Origin: Candidatus Woesearchaeota archaeon
Lineage (GTDB): Archaea > Nanobdellota > Nanobdellia > Woesearchaeales > ARS49
Direction: 5' to 3'
Assembly: GCA_037445145.1 (NCBI GenBank)
Contig: JBBILB010000001.1
Coordinates: 36,637 to 100,636, forward strand
Length of the DNA: 64,000 nt
Shown: positions 20,309 through 30,788 of the stretch, one piece after another
Layout: each line of letters starts with the position of its first letter
Numbering within the stretch: the first letter of the stretch is position 1
Position numbers and translations under genes: made by a program
Notes under the pieces: generated by a model
The model's database searches: none
What the model was told of the DNA's origin: nothing
What the model saw: the letters and a program-made list of their open reading frames with translations, nothing else

Positions 20309-20381
20309 AGCCTCCGGCGAGAGTTGCACTCGCGACCTCCTGCTTACGAGGCAGGTGCTATAGCTACTAAGCTACGGAGGC
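20309..20381 (-). tRNA. tRNA-Thr (anticodon CGT)
   Basis: Reverse-complement folds as a cloverleaf: acceptor GCCTCCG/CGGAGGC, anticodon loop CTCGTAA. Confidence 0.65.
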
Positions 20382-20390
20382 AAGCATTAC

Positions 20391-20549
20391 TTATTTCAGC
20401 TGCGCAAGAATGTCTTCTTTTTTCGGGAATTTTTTCTGGCATTCAAAGCATATTGTGTGCTGTTTTCCCTTTTCGTCCTTCACAATTGTGCCGAGTATTT
20501 TTCCCAGGAATGTTTGCTGGATTGGTTTCTTGCACAGCTCACATTTCAT
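20391..20549 (-). CDS. Small C4 zinc-ribbon protein (52 aa; MKCELCKK...CFECQKK)
   Basis: Unlisted short ORF with two CxxC pairs, immediately upstream of tRNA-Thr. Confidence 0.35.
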   Translation of the reverse strand: MKCELCKKPIQQTFLGKILGTIVKDEKGKQHTICFECQKKFPKKEDILAQLK

Positions 20550-20602
20550 AAGCACATTGTCGTCAGCGAGGATTTATAAATGTCACTCTTTCTGAAAGCA
20601 CT

Positions 20603-22363
20603 ATGCCAAGAATTGCAATAGTGCACAAGGAACGGTGCAACCCAAAAGGGTGCGGAGGTTATCTCTGCATCCGCATCTGCCCTATGAACAGGCAGGGCTT
20701 GGAATGCAAGACAATTGACCCTGTTGACCAGAAGATTAAGATAAATCCGGAACTGACTTCTGATGCCTGCTCAATATGCCAGAACAGGTGCCCTTTTGGC
20801 GCAATAAGCATTATTAATCTTCCTGAGGAGTTCGCAAAGCAGCCAGTGCACCAGTACGGAATTAACGGCTTCCACTTGTACAATCTTCCAATGCCTGTTT
20901 TTGGCAAGGTTGTTGGGATAGTCGGCAGGAACGGCATTGGGAAATCAACAGCAATAAGGATTCTCGCAGGGCAGTTAATGCCTAATCTTGGAACTGGGAA
21001 GGAAGCAAGCCAAAAGGAATTGCTTGAATACTTCAAGGGAACAGAGGCGCAGGTGTTTTTTGAGCAATTGGCAAGAGGCGAGATAAAAGTCAGTTACAAG
21101 CCACAGCACATTGACCAAATCCAAAAGAGTGCAAAAGGGAAAGTAAAGGAATTGCTTGAGAGAGTAAACGAGACAAAGAAATTAATGAGTGTTGCAAAGG
21201 CGCTTGGCATAGACCACATCCTGAACAATGATATCGCGACTGTGTCTGGCGGTGAAATGCAGAGGATTGCGATTGCTGCTACTGTGCTGAAAAAGGCAAA
21301 CCTGTATGTTTTTGATGAGCCAACTTCTTATTTGGACATCAGCCAGCGCGTCAGGGTTGCAAAATTCATCAAGGAATTGGCTAATGAGCAGACTGCTGTG
21401 CTTGTTGTTGAGCACGACCTGATAATTCTTGACTTTATGACAGACCTCATCCACATAATGTTTGGGGAAGAAGGTGCTTATGGCATTGTAAGTGTTCCAA
21501 AGCCTGCAAGAAACGGAATCAATGCATACCTTGAGGGCTTCATTAAGGAGCAGAACATGAGATTCCGGCCTTACGCAATTACTTTCTTTGCGAGGCAGCA
21601 GGGGCAGAAGAAATTCATAAAGAAACTGACGGGCTGGCAGGAGATGAGGAAAAAGCTTGACCAGTTCTCGCTGGACGTGCAGCCCGGTTCTGTGAATGCA
21701 CATAGTGTCGTCGGCGTGCTTGGTGAGAACGGCACTGGAAAAACAACTTTTGTCAAAATGCTTGCGAATGTCTTGAAGCCTGATTCTGGAGAGGTTGAGA
21801 TTCCTGTCAGGGTTGCTTACAAGCCGCAATATCTTGATTCATCATCAGAGGAGCTTGTAAGCACTGCTTTGCAAAGCGCGATTGGCAAGTACGAAGTCCA
21901 GCTTATCCGGCCATTGGACATAAAGCAGTTATTGCTCAAGCAGATGAATGCTCTTTCAGGCGGAGAATTGCAGAGGGTTGCGATTGCTCACTGCCTTTCG
22001 CAGGATGCCGATTTGTATTTGCTTGATGAGCCGTCTGCTTATCTTGATGTTGAGCAAAGGCTTGCTGTTGCAAAGACAATCAAGGAAGTTGCAGAGCAGA
22101 GAGAGGTCACAATTATGGTTGTTGACCACGACCTTCTCTTCCTTGAATATCTTGCTGACGAATTAATGGTTTTTGCAGGTAATCCGGGAAGAACAGGCAG
22201 GGCGCAAGGGCCTTTTGACATGGTTCAAGGCATGAACACATTCCTCAAGGAAATCAACATTACCCTTAGGAGAGATGAGGAAAGCAAGCGTCCAAGAATA
22301 AACAAGCCAGGCTCAAGACTCGACAGAGAGCAGAAAGAAACAGGGAGGTTGTACTACAATTAA
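20603..22363 (+). CDS. abce1: ABCE1 / RNase L inhibitor-like ribosome recycling ATPase
   Basis: N-terminal Fe-S cluster cysteines plus two ABC cassettes (Walker A GRNGIGKST and GENGTGKTT; signatures LSGGE). Confidence 0.9.
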   Translation: MPRIAIVHKERCNPKGCGGYLCIRICPMNRQGLECKTIDPVDQKIKINPELTSDACSICQNRCPFGAISIINLPEEFAKQPVHQYGINGFHLYNLPMPVFGKVVGIVGRNGIGKSTAIRILAGQLMPNLGTGKEASQKELLEYFKGTEAQVFFEQLARGEIKVSYKPQHIDQIQKSAKGKVKELLERVNETKKLMSVAKALGIDHILNNDIATVSGGEMQRIAIAATVLKKANLYVFDEPTSYLDISQRVRVAKFIKELANEQTAVLVVEHDLIILDFMTDLIHIMFGEEGAYGIVSVPKPARNGINAYLEGFIKEQNMRFRPYAITFFARQQGQKKFIKKLTGWQEMRKKLDQFSLDVQPGSVNAHSVVGVLGENGTGKTTFVKMLANVLKPDSGEVEIPVRVAYKPQYLDSSSEELVSTALQSAIGKYEVQLIRPLDIKQLLLKQMNALSGGELQRVAIAHCLSQDADLYLLDEPSAYLDVEQRLAVAKTIKEVAEQREVTIMVVDHDLLFLEYLADELMVFAGNPGRTGRAQGPFDMVQGMNTFLKEINITLRRDEESKRPRINKPGSRLDREQKETGRLYYN

Positions 22364-22926
22364 GCCCTTCCCCGGCTCTGCCCTTTAACCACGCCTGCTG
22401 CAATGAGGTGCGCCACTCTCAATGGTTCTGGGATGAATGCTCTTGTTGTGGTTATTCTGAGCAGTTCTTTTACTGATTTCAGGTCTGTTCCTGCGTACTG
22501 CACGTAGACTTTTTCTATTTTGGTTGGCTTTGGCAGTTTTTTTATGATTGAAATGGCTTTTTTCTTCCCGAGCCACTTCAGAACCCTGAATATTTCTTTC
22601 AGGTCAGGATAATTCCGCACAACAACAACTACAGGCCTGCGCGTGAGCTTGTGAAGCTTGTAAATGTCTACAACATTAAAGCCGCCGACTGCCACTCCTT
22701 TGAGCATTATTGCCTGCAGTTGTGTCCTGAACCTGCTCTTGTTTATCATTGAGGCGATTTTTTCTGTTGCGTCAGTGCCGTCAACTGTTGCGTAAGTTGA
22801 GACAACCCCGTCTGGAAAGACACCTCCGCGATACACAACCCCAACAACCAGCACTTTTTTGTCTTTGCGCTTCACAAAAGGGCTGTCATCAATTCCTATA
22901 ACACGGGCTTCGGTTTTCACATTCAT
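22360..22926 (-). CDS. UPF0215 / DUF99 family protein (endonuclease-V-like fold)
   Basis: N-terminal VIGIDDSPF motif characteristic of DUF99. Confidence 0.55.
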   Translation of the reverse strand: MNVKTEARVIGIDDSPFVKRKDKKVLVVGVVYRGGVFPDGVVSTYATVDGTDATEKIASMINKSRFRTQLQAIMLKGVAVGGFNVVDIYKLHKLTRRPVVVVVRNYPDLKEIFRVLKWLGKKKAISIIKKLPKPTKIEKVYVQYAGTDLKSVKELLRITTTRAFIPEPLRVAHLIAAGVVKGQSRGRA

Positions 22927-22965
22927 TGCTACAGACGACAGATTTATATATTTAGCGCAACGGCA

Positions 22966-24615
22966 GTGCAGACAATGAAAATCGACAACAAAATCTTCTC
23001 GCTCTGGAAAAGGACATGCCCTTTGTCAGCTTTCTGCTCAGGATTAAAGCAATACGCAGGCAAAGTCTGGATTCCTACGAGGGAAAATGAGAAAAAAGCA
23101 TTGGCAGAAATTGACAAACTGCTGAAAAAGTGCAAAAAGGACAGGGTTGCAAGAAAGCTGCTTTTGTCATACAGGAGAAGCCTTCTTTTTGAGGAACCAA
23201 ATGACCCGCCAGGCGCAGTGATGAGCTATTTTTACAATCATTTTCTGATTGAGGGCTTTAGGGAAACCCACATTAGGAAGCTCGCTGACGGCTGCTCAAG
23301 GAGTTTGGATGTTAAAAAGTATCTTTTGAAAAAAGACTGGCCTGCTGAACTGAAAATCTTGACAGTCCTTTCCTGCGATGGCGCGCTTGGAGTCATTGCG
23401 ACAGCTAAAAACAATGTCAAAAAGGAAATCACAAAGAAAAAACTTGATTTTTTGGCAGAAAAAGTGAAGGAATGGCGCAGTGCCTGCCTCGTTGGCAAAA
23501 TAAGGAAAGGCGACTTCACAGAGGTTTTCCCGCTGTTAAAGAGGTATGGCAAAGGGTTCAGGCGCGAAAAAATATATCCAAAGCTTCTGAAAGACTTTTA
23601 TGACTATCCTGAATCTGCAAAAGAGATTGAAGCAAAGGCAACTGCGTGGATTGAGGAGGAAATGCCAAAGCTGAAAGCCATCAGCGCAAAGCTTGCCTCA
23701 AAGCTGGACTGCAAAAACAGCATTTCTGAGATTGACAGGGCGATAAAGAAAAAATACAACGTGCCTTTAAGCAGGCTTATCAAGACAATACTTGACACAA
23801 GAAAGCTCTTGCAGGACATTGCAGAAGAAAAGCTTGTCAAAATCACCCCTAAATATGATGTCAGGGTTATTGAGACTCCGAAATACATGGTTCCTTTCAT
23901 GCCTTCTGGCGCAATGAGCCCTATGGGAACACTGACAAAGAAGCCGTTCTGCATTTATTTCGCGACAACGGACAAGCGCGGAAGCCCGAATGACTGTTTG
24001 CCTGAGATTTTCCAGCTTACAATTCATGAGGAGCACGGCCACTGCGTTAATTTCATGAACAGCTACACAGGATTTTTAGGAAAGCTCAGGCTTGTTGAGA
24101 TTCTTGGTTCTTCTTTGGATACTCCGATAACAGAAGGGTTGAGTTTTCACCGCGAAATTGAGTTTTTGGAACTGTTCAGGCATTTGGAGCACGAATACAG
24201 GCCGAGCAAGGCAGAAAAAAACATGCTGAAATTCATCAATCAATATTCTGATTTGGAGACTTTCAATGATGCAATGGAATACGTTGTGAGAAAATGGCGT
24301 GTTGGAAGGTTTTTCAGGGCAATTTCAGACAGCAGGGTAAATTCTGGAAAGCAAAAATATGCCGATTTTGTTGAATGGGCTCATAAAAAAACAGGCTTGC
24401 CAAAGAAAAGAATCTTTGACCTTACTTTCAGCTTCTTTGAAAGCCCAGGATACTCGCCAAACTACAGCATTTTTGGCCAAAGACTGGCAGAATTGCAAAG
24501 AAAAGCAATGTCAAAAGGCATCTCCAGGGTAGAATTCAATACTTTTGTCGCTAGCAAGGGCTTCCCAGCAAGAAAAATTTTTGAAAAACAGCTAAAGGAC
24601 AAGTTTAAGCTCTAA
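22966..24615 (+). CDS. Putative zinc metallopeptidase with atypical HExxxH motif (distant MATCAP/DUF1704-like), 549 aa
   Basis: IHEEHGH followed by MNSY and then TEGLS ~30 aa later. Shares this core with 39293..40348. Confidence 0.4.
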   Translation: MQTMKIDNKIFSLWKRTCPLSAFCSGLKQYAGKVWIPTRENEKKALAEIDKLLKKCKKDRVARKLLLSYRRSLLFEEPNDPPGAVMSYFYNHFLIEGFRETHIRKLADGCSRSLDVKKYLLKKDWPAELKILTVLSCDGALGVIATAKNNVKKEITKKKLDFLAEKVKEWRSACLVGKIRKGDFTEVFPLLKRYGKGFRREKIYPKLLKDFYDYPESAKEIEAKATAWIEEEMPKLKAISAKLASKLDCKNSISEIDRAIKKKYNVPLSRLIKTILDTRKLLQDIAEEKLVKITPKYDVRVIETPKYMVPFMPSGAMSPMGTLTKKPFCIYFATTDKRGSPNDCLPEIFQLTIHEEHGHCVNFMNSYTGFLGKLRLVEILGSSLDTPITEGLSFHREIEFLELFRHLEHEYRPSKAEKNMLKFINQYSDLETFNDAMEYVVRKWRVGRFFRAISDSRVNSGKQKYADFVEWAHKKTGLPKKRIFDLTFSFFESPGYSPNYSIFGQRLAELQRKAMSKGISRVEFNTFVASKGFPARKIFEKQLKDKFKL

Positions 24616-25760
24616 CGGAACCTGTAAAGTATCAAAGGAACCTGCATTTCTTGCTTGCTTATTCCGCCATGCATGCCTATTAATGGTGTGTGAAAGTCAA
24701 GCATTGTCTTATTTTTCTTGCAAAACACAATGAAATCACCTGCTCTCTCCATAACAAGCGGGTTGATTTTGCCTTTTCCAAATATTCCTGCTGAGATTGC
24801 TTCTTCAGAAGGGACAATGTAGCAGTGTTTTGCAAGTTTTTTCCTGAAATAATCCTTCACAAACTCCTTTTTTCCTTTCTTGCAGTGCAAATAATTGATT
24901 CTTGCCTCGCCAGAAGTTGCCTTTAGCGCAGAATACAGCCGCGGATACTTTTGGTATCTTATCAATTTGGCAGGGTTTGTGTTTATTCCGCCATGGTCCG
25001 CACTGATAACAAGCAAAGTTTTCTTGGCGCGAGCCAGCCCGAGTTTTGCAAACTGGTTGTTGATGTATGAGAGCAAAAGCATTGTGATTATTGCATTGGT
25101 TCCGTAATGATGGCAGGCAGAATCATAGTCTGGCATGTAAGCATAAATGTATGCCTTGCCTTTCTTCGTTATCAGTTTTCTAAGCTTTTTGAACAGTTCA
25201 GGAATTGTTTTGTAGCCAACATATTCTGCCCCGGCATTCTGGATGGCAGAAAGCCTTGTTTTTTGCAGGTTTGAAGGCATGACTATGAATGACTTGATTC
25301 CTGCCTTTTTTAGCAGTTGATAAACGGTTGTGAAAGGATAAATCTTTTTCAGGTTGAGATTTACTGGCTTGTCTGATTTTATGCTCCTGAACCGCAGCAT
25401 GTCAACGACTTTGTTTTTTTCTGGCAGGTACTGCGTGTACCCAAGAACACCGTGCTCGGACGGGAAGAGTCCTGTTGCAAAAGACAAGGCGCTGGTTGAT
25501 GTTGTTGGAGGAAAAACGGCGCTTATTGGCTTTTTCTGCATGTGTTTTCTAAGGAATGCCTGTTTTGGCAGCGTCTTTACTGCGCTGTATCCCATTGCGT
25601 CAACAACAAAGAAAACAATCTTGTCAGCGCCTTTTGCTGCATTGAGTAATTTATTCAGCGGCTTGTGCACCGGCTCTGCCTTAAAATGGGCAAGGACAGA
25701 GTTTATAATGCTTACTGTGCTGTTGTAGTTTGGGACTTTGAACCCTTTTATTTTCAGCAT
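24612..25760 (-). CDS. Alkaline-phosphatase-superfamily metalloenzyme (cofactor-independent phosphoglycerate mutase / nucleotide pyrophosphatase-like)
   Basis: FVVDAMGYS, ISADHGG and IGMHGG metal-ligand motifs. I moved the start to the internal MLKIKG to avoid an 88-nt overlap with trmI. Confidence 0.5.
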   Translation of the reverse strand: MLKIKGFKVPNYNSTVSIINSVLAHFKAEPVHKPLNKLLNAAKGADKIVFFVVDAMGYSAVKTLPKQAFLRKHMQKKPISAVFPPTTSTSALSFATGLFPSEHGVLGYTQYLPEKNKVVDMLRFRSIKSDKPVNLNLKKIYPFTTVYQLLKKAGIKSFIVMPSNLQKTRLSAIQNAGAEYVGYKTIPELFKKLRKLITKKGKAYIYAYMPDYDSACHHYGTNAIITMLLLSYINNQFAKLGLARAKKTLLVISADHGGINTNPAKLIRYQKYPRLYSALKATSGEARINYLHCKKGKKEFVKDYFRKKLAKHCYIVPSEEAISAGIFGKGKINPLVMERAGDFIVFCKKNKTMLDFHTPLIGMHGGISKQEMQVPLILYRFR

Positions 25761-26536
25761 GTTTTCCTCGCAAATGTCAGAAATCCTGTGTGCCCGAATG
25801 CTGCTGTGCTTGGGCGAAGAATGTTTCCTTCCACTTTCCAAGGTCTTTCAATTAGTTCGCAGCTTTTTATGATAAAGAAGTTCTTGTTTTTCATTAGCTC
25901 ATTGACGAAACTCTGCATTTGTGTTGCCTGAATTGTGTATGCAGCCAGATAACCGCCTGTTTTTAGTGCGTTTTGTGCTGTTCTTATTGCATTCCACGGT
26001 TCCGGAACATCCAAGACGAACAGGTCAGCATTTTTTTCAGGAATTTTTTCGTAAATGCTTCCTTTCTTGATTGTCAAATTCTTCAAGCCAAGGAATTTCG
26101 CATTCTCCCTTGCCACACCTATATGTTTGTCAACAACATCATAGCTCACAACCTTCTTGCACAAGTGAGCCAGATAACACGCCAATGCCCCTGAGCCTGT
26201 TCCTGCGTCTATTGAAAAGCTGTCCTTGTTGATTCCCGTTGTTGCCACAATCAAGCCCATGTCTTTTGTTGATATTGTTTGTGGCAGTCGTTTGATGTGC
26301 TTTAAGTCGTCAATGAAGTCAGCGTCAATTATTGTGAATTCTTTGCCCAACGAGCTCTTGATAATGCTTCCTGCTCTCTTTGCAAGCTCTTTTTTTGGGA
26401 TAACACCATATTTTGAGTGAAAATCATTTGTAGGATCAAAGATGTAAAACATTGCTTCTTTTTCAAGCCTGACTTCCTTTTCAAGTTCTGGCACGAACTG
26501 CTTTTGTTCCTTTTTCAGCAGGATTTTGCGCTTCAT
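25754..26536 (-). CDS. trmI: tRNA (adenine57/58-N1)-methyltransferase TrmI
   Basis: SAM-binding IDAGTGSGAL and DLFVLDVPEPW motifs typical of TrmI/Gcd14. Confidence 0.7.
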   Translation of the reverse strand: MKRKILLKKEQKQFVPELEKEVRLEKEAMFYIFDPTNDFHSKYGVIPKKELAKRAGSIIKSSLGKEFTIIDADFIDDLKHIKRLPQTISTKDMGLIVATTGINKDSFSIDAGTGSGALACYLAHLCKKVVSYDVVDKHIGVARENAKFLGLKNLTIKKGSIYEKIPEKNADLFVLDVPEPWNAIRTAQNALKTGGYLAAYTIQATQMQSFVNELMKNKNFFIIKSCELIERPWKVEGNILRPSTAAFGHTGFLTFARKTC

Positions 26537-27099
26537 TTGAGGTCGGCCTCGCCCCAGACAACATTGTATTTTTTGTTGTAAATCGCGACTTTTGAGTATT
26601 TGTTGACGTCAAAGTCGTTTGGCAGGCTGTACGGGTAATTGCCTGTGTGGGAAATGAGTGTTCCAACAATGTAACCATCTGCAGGGTCGCCATTGTGCAA
26701 AACCACAGTCAGCCCTGGTCCTGGTTCTGTATCAAAGCCGCGCAAATTGAGCGACAATGCGCCTCCCAAAGCCCTTACTATCTGGACATTTCCGTTTGTT
26801 TCGTGCACGACCTTGTGGAAGTATCCCTGCTTTAGCACTGTCGGCTCAAGTGCAGTGGTTGGTCCTGGCGAGACTTGCCCTGATGCTGCAAAAACTTCCT
26901 GCATTATTTCATAAGGCGATTTTGCTGGCTCTGAAGCTGACTGTGGCAAAGGCGCTGGTGCCGGCTCAGAAGTTGCAGGTGCTACAACAGGTACGGGCTG
27001 CGCTTCTGGGGCTGCTGGTCGTATTTGTGGGGTTGCGGGCTGGCATCCTGTCAAGAACATTGCCAGAATCAGTGCAATTATTTGTTTCATAATCATCAC
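26533..27099 (-). CDS. Lipoprotein with C-terminal DM13-like domain
   Basis: Signal peptide with lipobox (LTGC). The C-terminal ~100 aa match the DM13 pattern (FDTEPGPGLTVVLH...DGYIVGTL...GNYPYSLP...Y..VAIYNKKYNVVWGEADL). Confidence 0.45.
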   Translation of the reverse strand: MMIMKQIIALILAMFLTGCQPATPQIRPAAPEAQPVPVVAPATSEPAPAPLPQSASEPAKSPYEIMQEVFAASGQVSPGPTTALEPTVLKQGYFHKVVHETNGNVQIVRALGGALSLNLRGFDTEPGPGLTVVLHNGDPADGYIVGTLISHTGNYPYSLPNDFDVNKYSKVAIYNKKYNVVWGEADLK

Positions 27100-27110
27100 A
27101 ATTATTGATA

Positions 27111-27184
27111 AGCCGCGGGAGGGATTTGAACCCCCAAATGATCGCTCTGCAGGCGATTGCCTTGCCGGATTTGGCTACCGCGGC
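27111..27184 (-). tRNA. tRNA-Cys (anticodon GCA)
   Basis: Cloverleaf on the minus strand with anticodon loop CTGCAGA. Confidence 0.7.
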
Positions 27185-27283
27185 AGACAATAATATAAGG
27201 ATGTATCTTGTTTAAAAAAGTATCTCACAAAGCTGTGTTTTTCCTGTAACATTTATAAAGCTGCAGAAACCAGTGTTTTGTAT

Positions 27284-27358
27284 GGCCCTGTAGCTCAGCC
27301 TGGATAGAGCGTCTGCCTTCTAAGCAGAGGGTCGGGGGTTCAAATCCTCCCAGGGCCG
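27284..27358 (+). tRNA. tRNA-Arg (anticodon TCT)
   Basis: Acceptor GGCCCTG/CAGGGCC, anticodon loop CTTCTAA, T-loop GTTCAAATC. TATA TTTATAAA at 27253. Confidence 0.75.
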
Positions 27359-27430
27359 TCAGGACATGGGAAACCAGCAAATCATCAGATTGGCGCCGCC
27401 TCCAAAATCTGTGTTATTTTGCTGTGGAGT

Positions 27431-28507
27431 TTACTCAATCCAGTCCTTGTTCTTTATTTTTTCTGGTAAATAATGGTCTGAAATGAACGTGATGCCTCGG
27501 GCGCTGAGTGCCTGGATTTCTGCTTTTGCGCCGAATGCCTTCATCATTTTGAACTCCCTTTGCCAGACTTTGTTGTTTTTGAACCAGTCGTATTCTGCAA
27601 TTTGTTTCAGGCGGGAAATGTCAACATCCTTGAGCTTTATGAAGTGCTTTTTCAGGTTATATTTTTCTATGTCATCGGATGTTATTCCCAGGTATTTTGC
27701 GTTTGGCAGTGTGAGTGTTTGTGTCATGTGGGCAAGATTAATCGAGCCGAACTTCAGGACAGAATAAATGTAAACCCCATACGGGTCATAGTCGCACAGG
27801 ACATAAATTGGCAGGTTGTGTTCTGTTGAGAGTCTTTGTAACAGCCTTCTGATTCCTCTTGTTGTCTGCCCCTGCGAGCTCATTATGATGCATTTGTGCT
27901 TGTCCCAGAACTTGTCTTCATGCAGTCTTTCCCAAACTGCTGCCTTTTCCATATACAGGACGTATTTTGCATCAACTTTCTTGAGTTTTATCTCTTCAAC
28001 ATTTGACGGAATGCTCCATCCTCCTGAGCCCATTTTGCTCCAGTCTATCGTGTCTCCTTTGTCTTCAATTATGACGTGTCCTGCGACTGAACCGTTCTTG
28101 TTTGCATTCATGTTGAGTTGTTCTCTTGAGAATCCTGTAATAAGCTCCATGTCCTCTATTGCGTTGTCTGACTCGCTTTGCTCGTCAACAAGGTTTGTGT
28201 TTGTCCCCGGCAGTGTCCTCTTTGCCATGTAGAATACGTCCCTGAGGGATGCGTGCTTGTTCAGGTCCAATAACTGCTTTGAAATCTTTGCAACTTCAAG
28301 CGTCTGGACGAATTTCTTGACGTGGCCGACATTAAAGAACATTCTTTCAGCTGTTTTGTTTCCCAATTCCAGTGTCTTTGTTTTTTCGTTATAGACAACG
28401 TTACTAAGCGCTCTTACAGGCACATCAATCTTTGGCGGTTTGCCTTTCTTGATTGATTCCGCAAGCTCTTTTCCGATTTCCTGCAGTTTTTTCTTTGCTT
28501 CATTCAT
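27431..28507 (-). CDS. top6A: DNA topoisomerase VI subunit A (Spo11-like)
   Basis: Toprim and CAP-like domains. 358 aa, adjacent to top6B. Confidence 0.9.
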   Translation of the reverse strand: MNEAKKKLQEIGKELAESIKKGKPPKIDVPVRALSNVVYNEKTKTLELGNKTAERMFFNVGHVKKFVQTLEVAKISKQLLDLNKHASLRDVFYMAKRTLPGTNTNLVDEQSESDNAIEDMELITGFSREQLNMNANKNGSVAGHVIIEDKGDTIDWSKMGSGGWSIPSNVEEIKLKKVDAKYVLYMEKAAVWERLHEDKFWDKHKCIIMSSQGQTTRGIRRLLQRLSTEHNLPIYVLCDYDPYGVYIYSVLKFGSINLAHMTQTLTLPNAKYLGITSDDIEKYNLKKHFIKLKDVDISRLKQIAEYDWFKNNKVWQREFKMMKAFGAKAEIQALSARGITFISDHYLPEKIKNKDWIE

Positions 28508-30153
28508 TACTCATCATCCTCTGCAGTGCCTGTGAGCTTTATTTTGTCTTCTTTATCTTCTTTTTCAGTGGCGGTTATTATTGCTGTGTTGCTTATTATG
28601 AATTCCTTGTTTTTTGCAAGCATTGAGGATAGCTGGTTTTCAATTATTTTCTTGTTCTCGCCTGATAGTATGGAGAGCGAGTCGGCTACTTCAGGGATAT
28701 ATCTCTCAAATATGTTAACTCTTTCTCTTTCCAGCCCAACTCTTTTTTTCTTGTTGACGTATGCTCCGAGCCTTCTGCCTGCCTCTTGCAGTGCAAGCTT
28801 GATTTCCTTCATGATTTCAGGATAGTGGGCAATTGCTTCTTTTGCTTCTGAGGTGAATGGGGGCCAGACAGAAGCCAGATGGACAACAATTGTTAGCGGT
28901 CCGACCGGCACTGCTCCTGCGCTTTGCTGCATTCCGTAAGGCTTCCAGTTTGTTTGCAGGATGCTCTTGAAGGCAGCGCATGCTGATTGCTGGTACAAAA
29001 GCGGGACCCTGTTTGCGAACCTCAAAATTCTTGCAGGCTCTTCTTTTGACTGCTGTCCGCCATAAGCCAAGGCAACTTCTATGACAAAAGGGATTCCACG
29101 GTAGACTTCTGGCGGTCTTGTGACTGCTGTGTAAAATTCTGCAGCAACTTCTTTTCTCAATCCTTTCTCAAGCAATTCCTCGCCTATGGGAACTATGCAG
29201 TCTGTTGGTGGAGCAATGATTTTTGTCTTTTTTATTCCTTCCATCAGTTTTTCCACGTGTCCGAGTTCAAGCTCGCGTGGTTTCATTTCAGGTGTAAGTC
29301 CTGCGTTTGCGCAGATTTCCTTTGCTGTCTGGGAGCCCACTCTTGAGAATTCGTTCATTAGGAATGACTGCAAAGTTCTTGATTCTGTTGACCTTATCAT
29401 TTTGAGCATTATTCCAAGCTCTACGCCGTAAGGGTGTGGCTTGATTTCCTGCGGCTCTCTTGGCAGCTTGTCAGAAGCCCGTGGGAAAATCAGTTGTTCT
29501 GCCTTTGGGTTTGTGTAAATTATTGTGGCATGCGGGTTGACAATGGCGGTTTCCTTGAGATAGCTGTCAACACTCTGGTCGCCTTTCTGATAGCTTGCTT
29601 CTATGTCAAGCTCGACTTTTGTTCCGCGCTCCTTTTTCCACTGAACTTCCTCATCCTTGACTATGTGCGGCTCGTTCGTTCTTGTGTCAAGGTGCAGTTC
29701 AAAATAGTGCGCAGAGTGCTTTGCGTCAATTCTTGAAGTTATCCTTGCGGGCCTTCCTGTCGTGAGCTGGGCATAAAGCACAGCCGCGGATATGCCTATT
29801 CCCTGCTGCCCCCTTGCCTGCTTCAATGAGTGGAACTTGCTTCCATACAGCAGCCTTGCAAATATTGGCGGAATCTGCTTTTTGACTATTCCCGGACCGT
29901 TGTCTTCCACGATTATCCTGAATCTTTCATTGCCCATTTCAATTATTTGGACAGAAATTTCAGGCAAAATCCGTGCTTCCTCACAGGCATCAAGTGCGTT
30001 GTCAACCGCTTCCTTTACCACGGTAAGGAGCGCCTTTCTTTTGTTGTCAAAGCCGAGCAGGTGCCTGTTTCTTTCAAAAAATTCTGCCACTGAAACTGCT
30101 CTTTGCTTTTCCGCCAGTTTTTCTGCAATGATTTTGTCAGCCATTGTCAACAC
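28507..30153 (-). CDS. top6B: DNA topoisomerase VI subunit B
   Basis: GHKL ATPase (Bergerat fold) motifs DNGPGI and QQGIG. 548 aa. Confidence 0.9.
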   Translation of the reverse strand: MLTMADKIIAEKLAEKQRAVSVAEFFERNRHLLGFDNKRKALLTVVKEAVDNALDACEEARILPEISVQIIEMGNERFRIIVEDNGPGIVKKQIPPIFARLLYGSKFHSLKQARGQQGIGISAAVLYAQLTTGRPARITSRIDAKHSAHYFELHLDTRTNEPHIVKDEEVQWKKERGTKVELDIEASYQKGDQSVDSYLKETAIVNPHATIIYTNPKAEQLIFPRASDKLPREPQEIKPHPYGVELGIMLKMIRSTESRTLQSFLMNEFSRVGSQTAKEICANAGLTPEMKPRELELGHVEKLMEGIKKTKIIAPPTDCIVPIGEELLEKGLRKEVAAEFYTAVTRPPEVYRGIPFVIEVALAYGGQQSKEEPARILRFANRVPLLYQQSACAAFKSILQTNWKPYGMQQSAGAVPVGPLTIVVHLASVWPPFTSEAKEAIAHYPEIMKEIKLALQEAGRRLGAYVNKKKRVGLERERVNIFERYIPEVADSLSILSGENKKIIENQLSSMLAKNKEFIISNTAIITATEKEDKEDKIKLTGTAEDDE

Positions 30154-30700
30154 CCTGTTCCATCAGGCGCATTTCCTTTCTCCTGCGCTCAAGGAACTTG
30201 TACACTGTTCCGTGCTTTCTTCCTGAAAGTAATGCCTCAACTGCCTTCCTGGCATTTGCAATATGGTCAAGCCTCCCAATAATGCCTATTGTCTTGCCGT
30301 AAACGCTGATGTTCGTGAATGTCAAATCCTCAATGGTCCTACGTGACTTTCCACCTTCGCCAATGACCCTTCCCCTGAGTCTTTCAAGCTCTTTTGGCGT
30401 TTTAGCATATTCCTTGAGGTTTATGAACTCCATGCCATAGTCCTGCTTTAGCAATTGCATTGCAATCTCGGGATTAAAACCCCTCCCTATTGCCCTGACT
30501 ATTTCCCTGCAGCTGTACAGCAAAAGCGGGTCCTTGCCCGAGATTGTCACGTCTCCCTCGCCTGAATCGACTTTTATCCGTGTCTTTGTGGATTTTTCCA
30601 GCTGTTTTTTCAGCTCGCCTTTCTTTCCTATGAGCACGGCGACCCTTTCCTTGGGTATTTTCAGCTCATAGGCAAATTCATCAGTTTCTAGGGGGGTCAT
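30137..30700 (-). CDS. KH-domain RNA-binding protein (archaeal Dim2/Pno1-like)
   Basis: Two KH motifs (VLIGKKGE.. and [13 protein letters not shown]). Start moved to the internal MTPLETDEF. Confidence 0.55.
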   Translation of the reverse strand: MTPLETDEFAYELKIPKERVAVLIGKKGELKKQLEKSTKTRIKVDSGEGDVTISGKDPLLLYSCREIVRAIGRGFNPEIAMQLLKQDYGMEFINLKEYAKTPKELERLRGRVIGEGGKSRRTIEDLTFTNISVYGKTIGIIGRLDHIANARKAVEALLSGRKHGTVYKFLERRRKEMRLMEQGVDNG

Positions 30701-30788
30701 AATCGTCAGGTGGTTTTGCTTGGAACGCAGCTTGCTTTTAAACCTTGCGCTGAGCGAAGCAAGGCGCAAATTTTCTCAAGTGCTGCCG

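Noticed and set aside
20018-20551. 177-aa plus-strand ORF
   Set aside because: It is antisense to the lactate permease, tRNA-Thr and the small zinc-ribbon gene.
22966-24615. Reading IHEEHGH as a canonical HExxH zincin motif
   Set aside because: The spacing does not fit H-E-x-x-H. It fits HExxxH (H-E-E-H-G-H), which matches the atypical MATCAP/DUF1704 arrangement instead.
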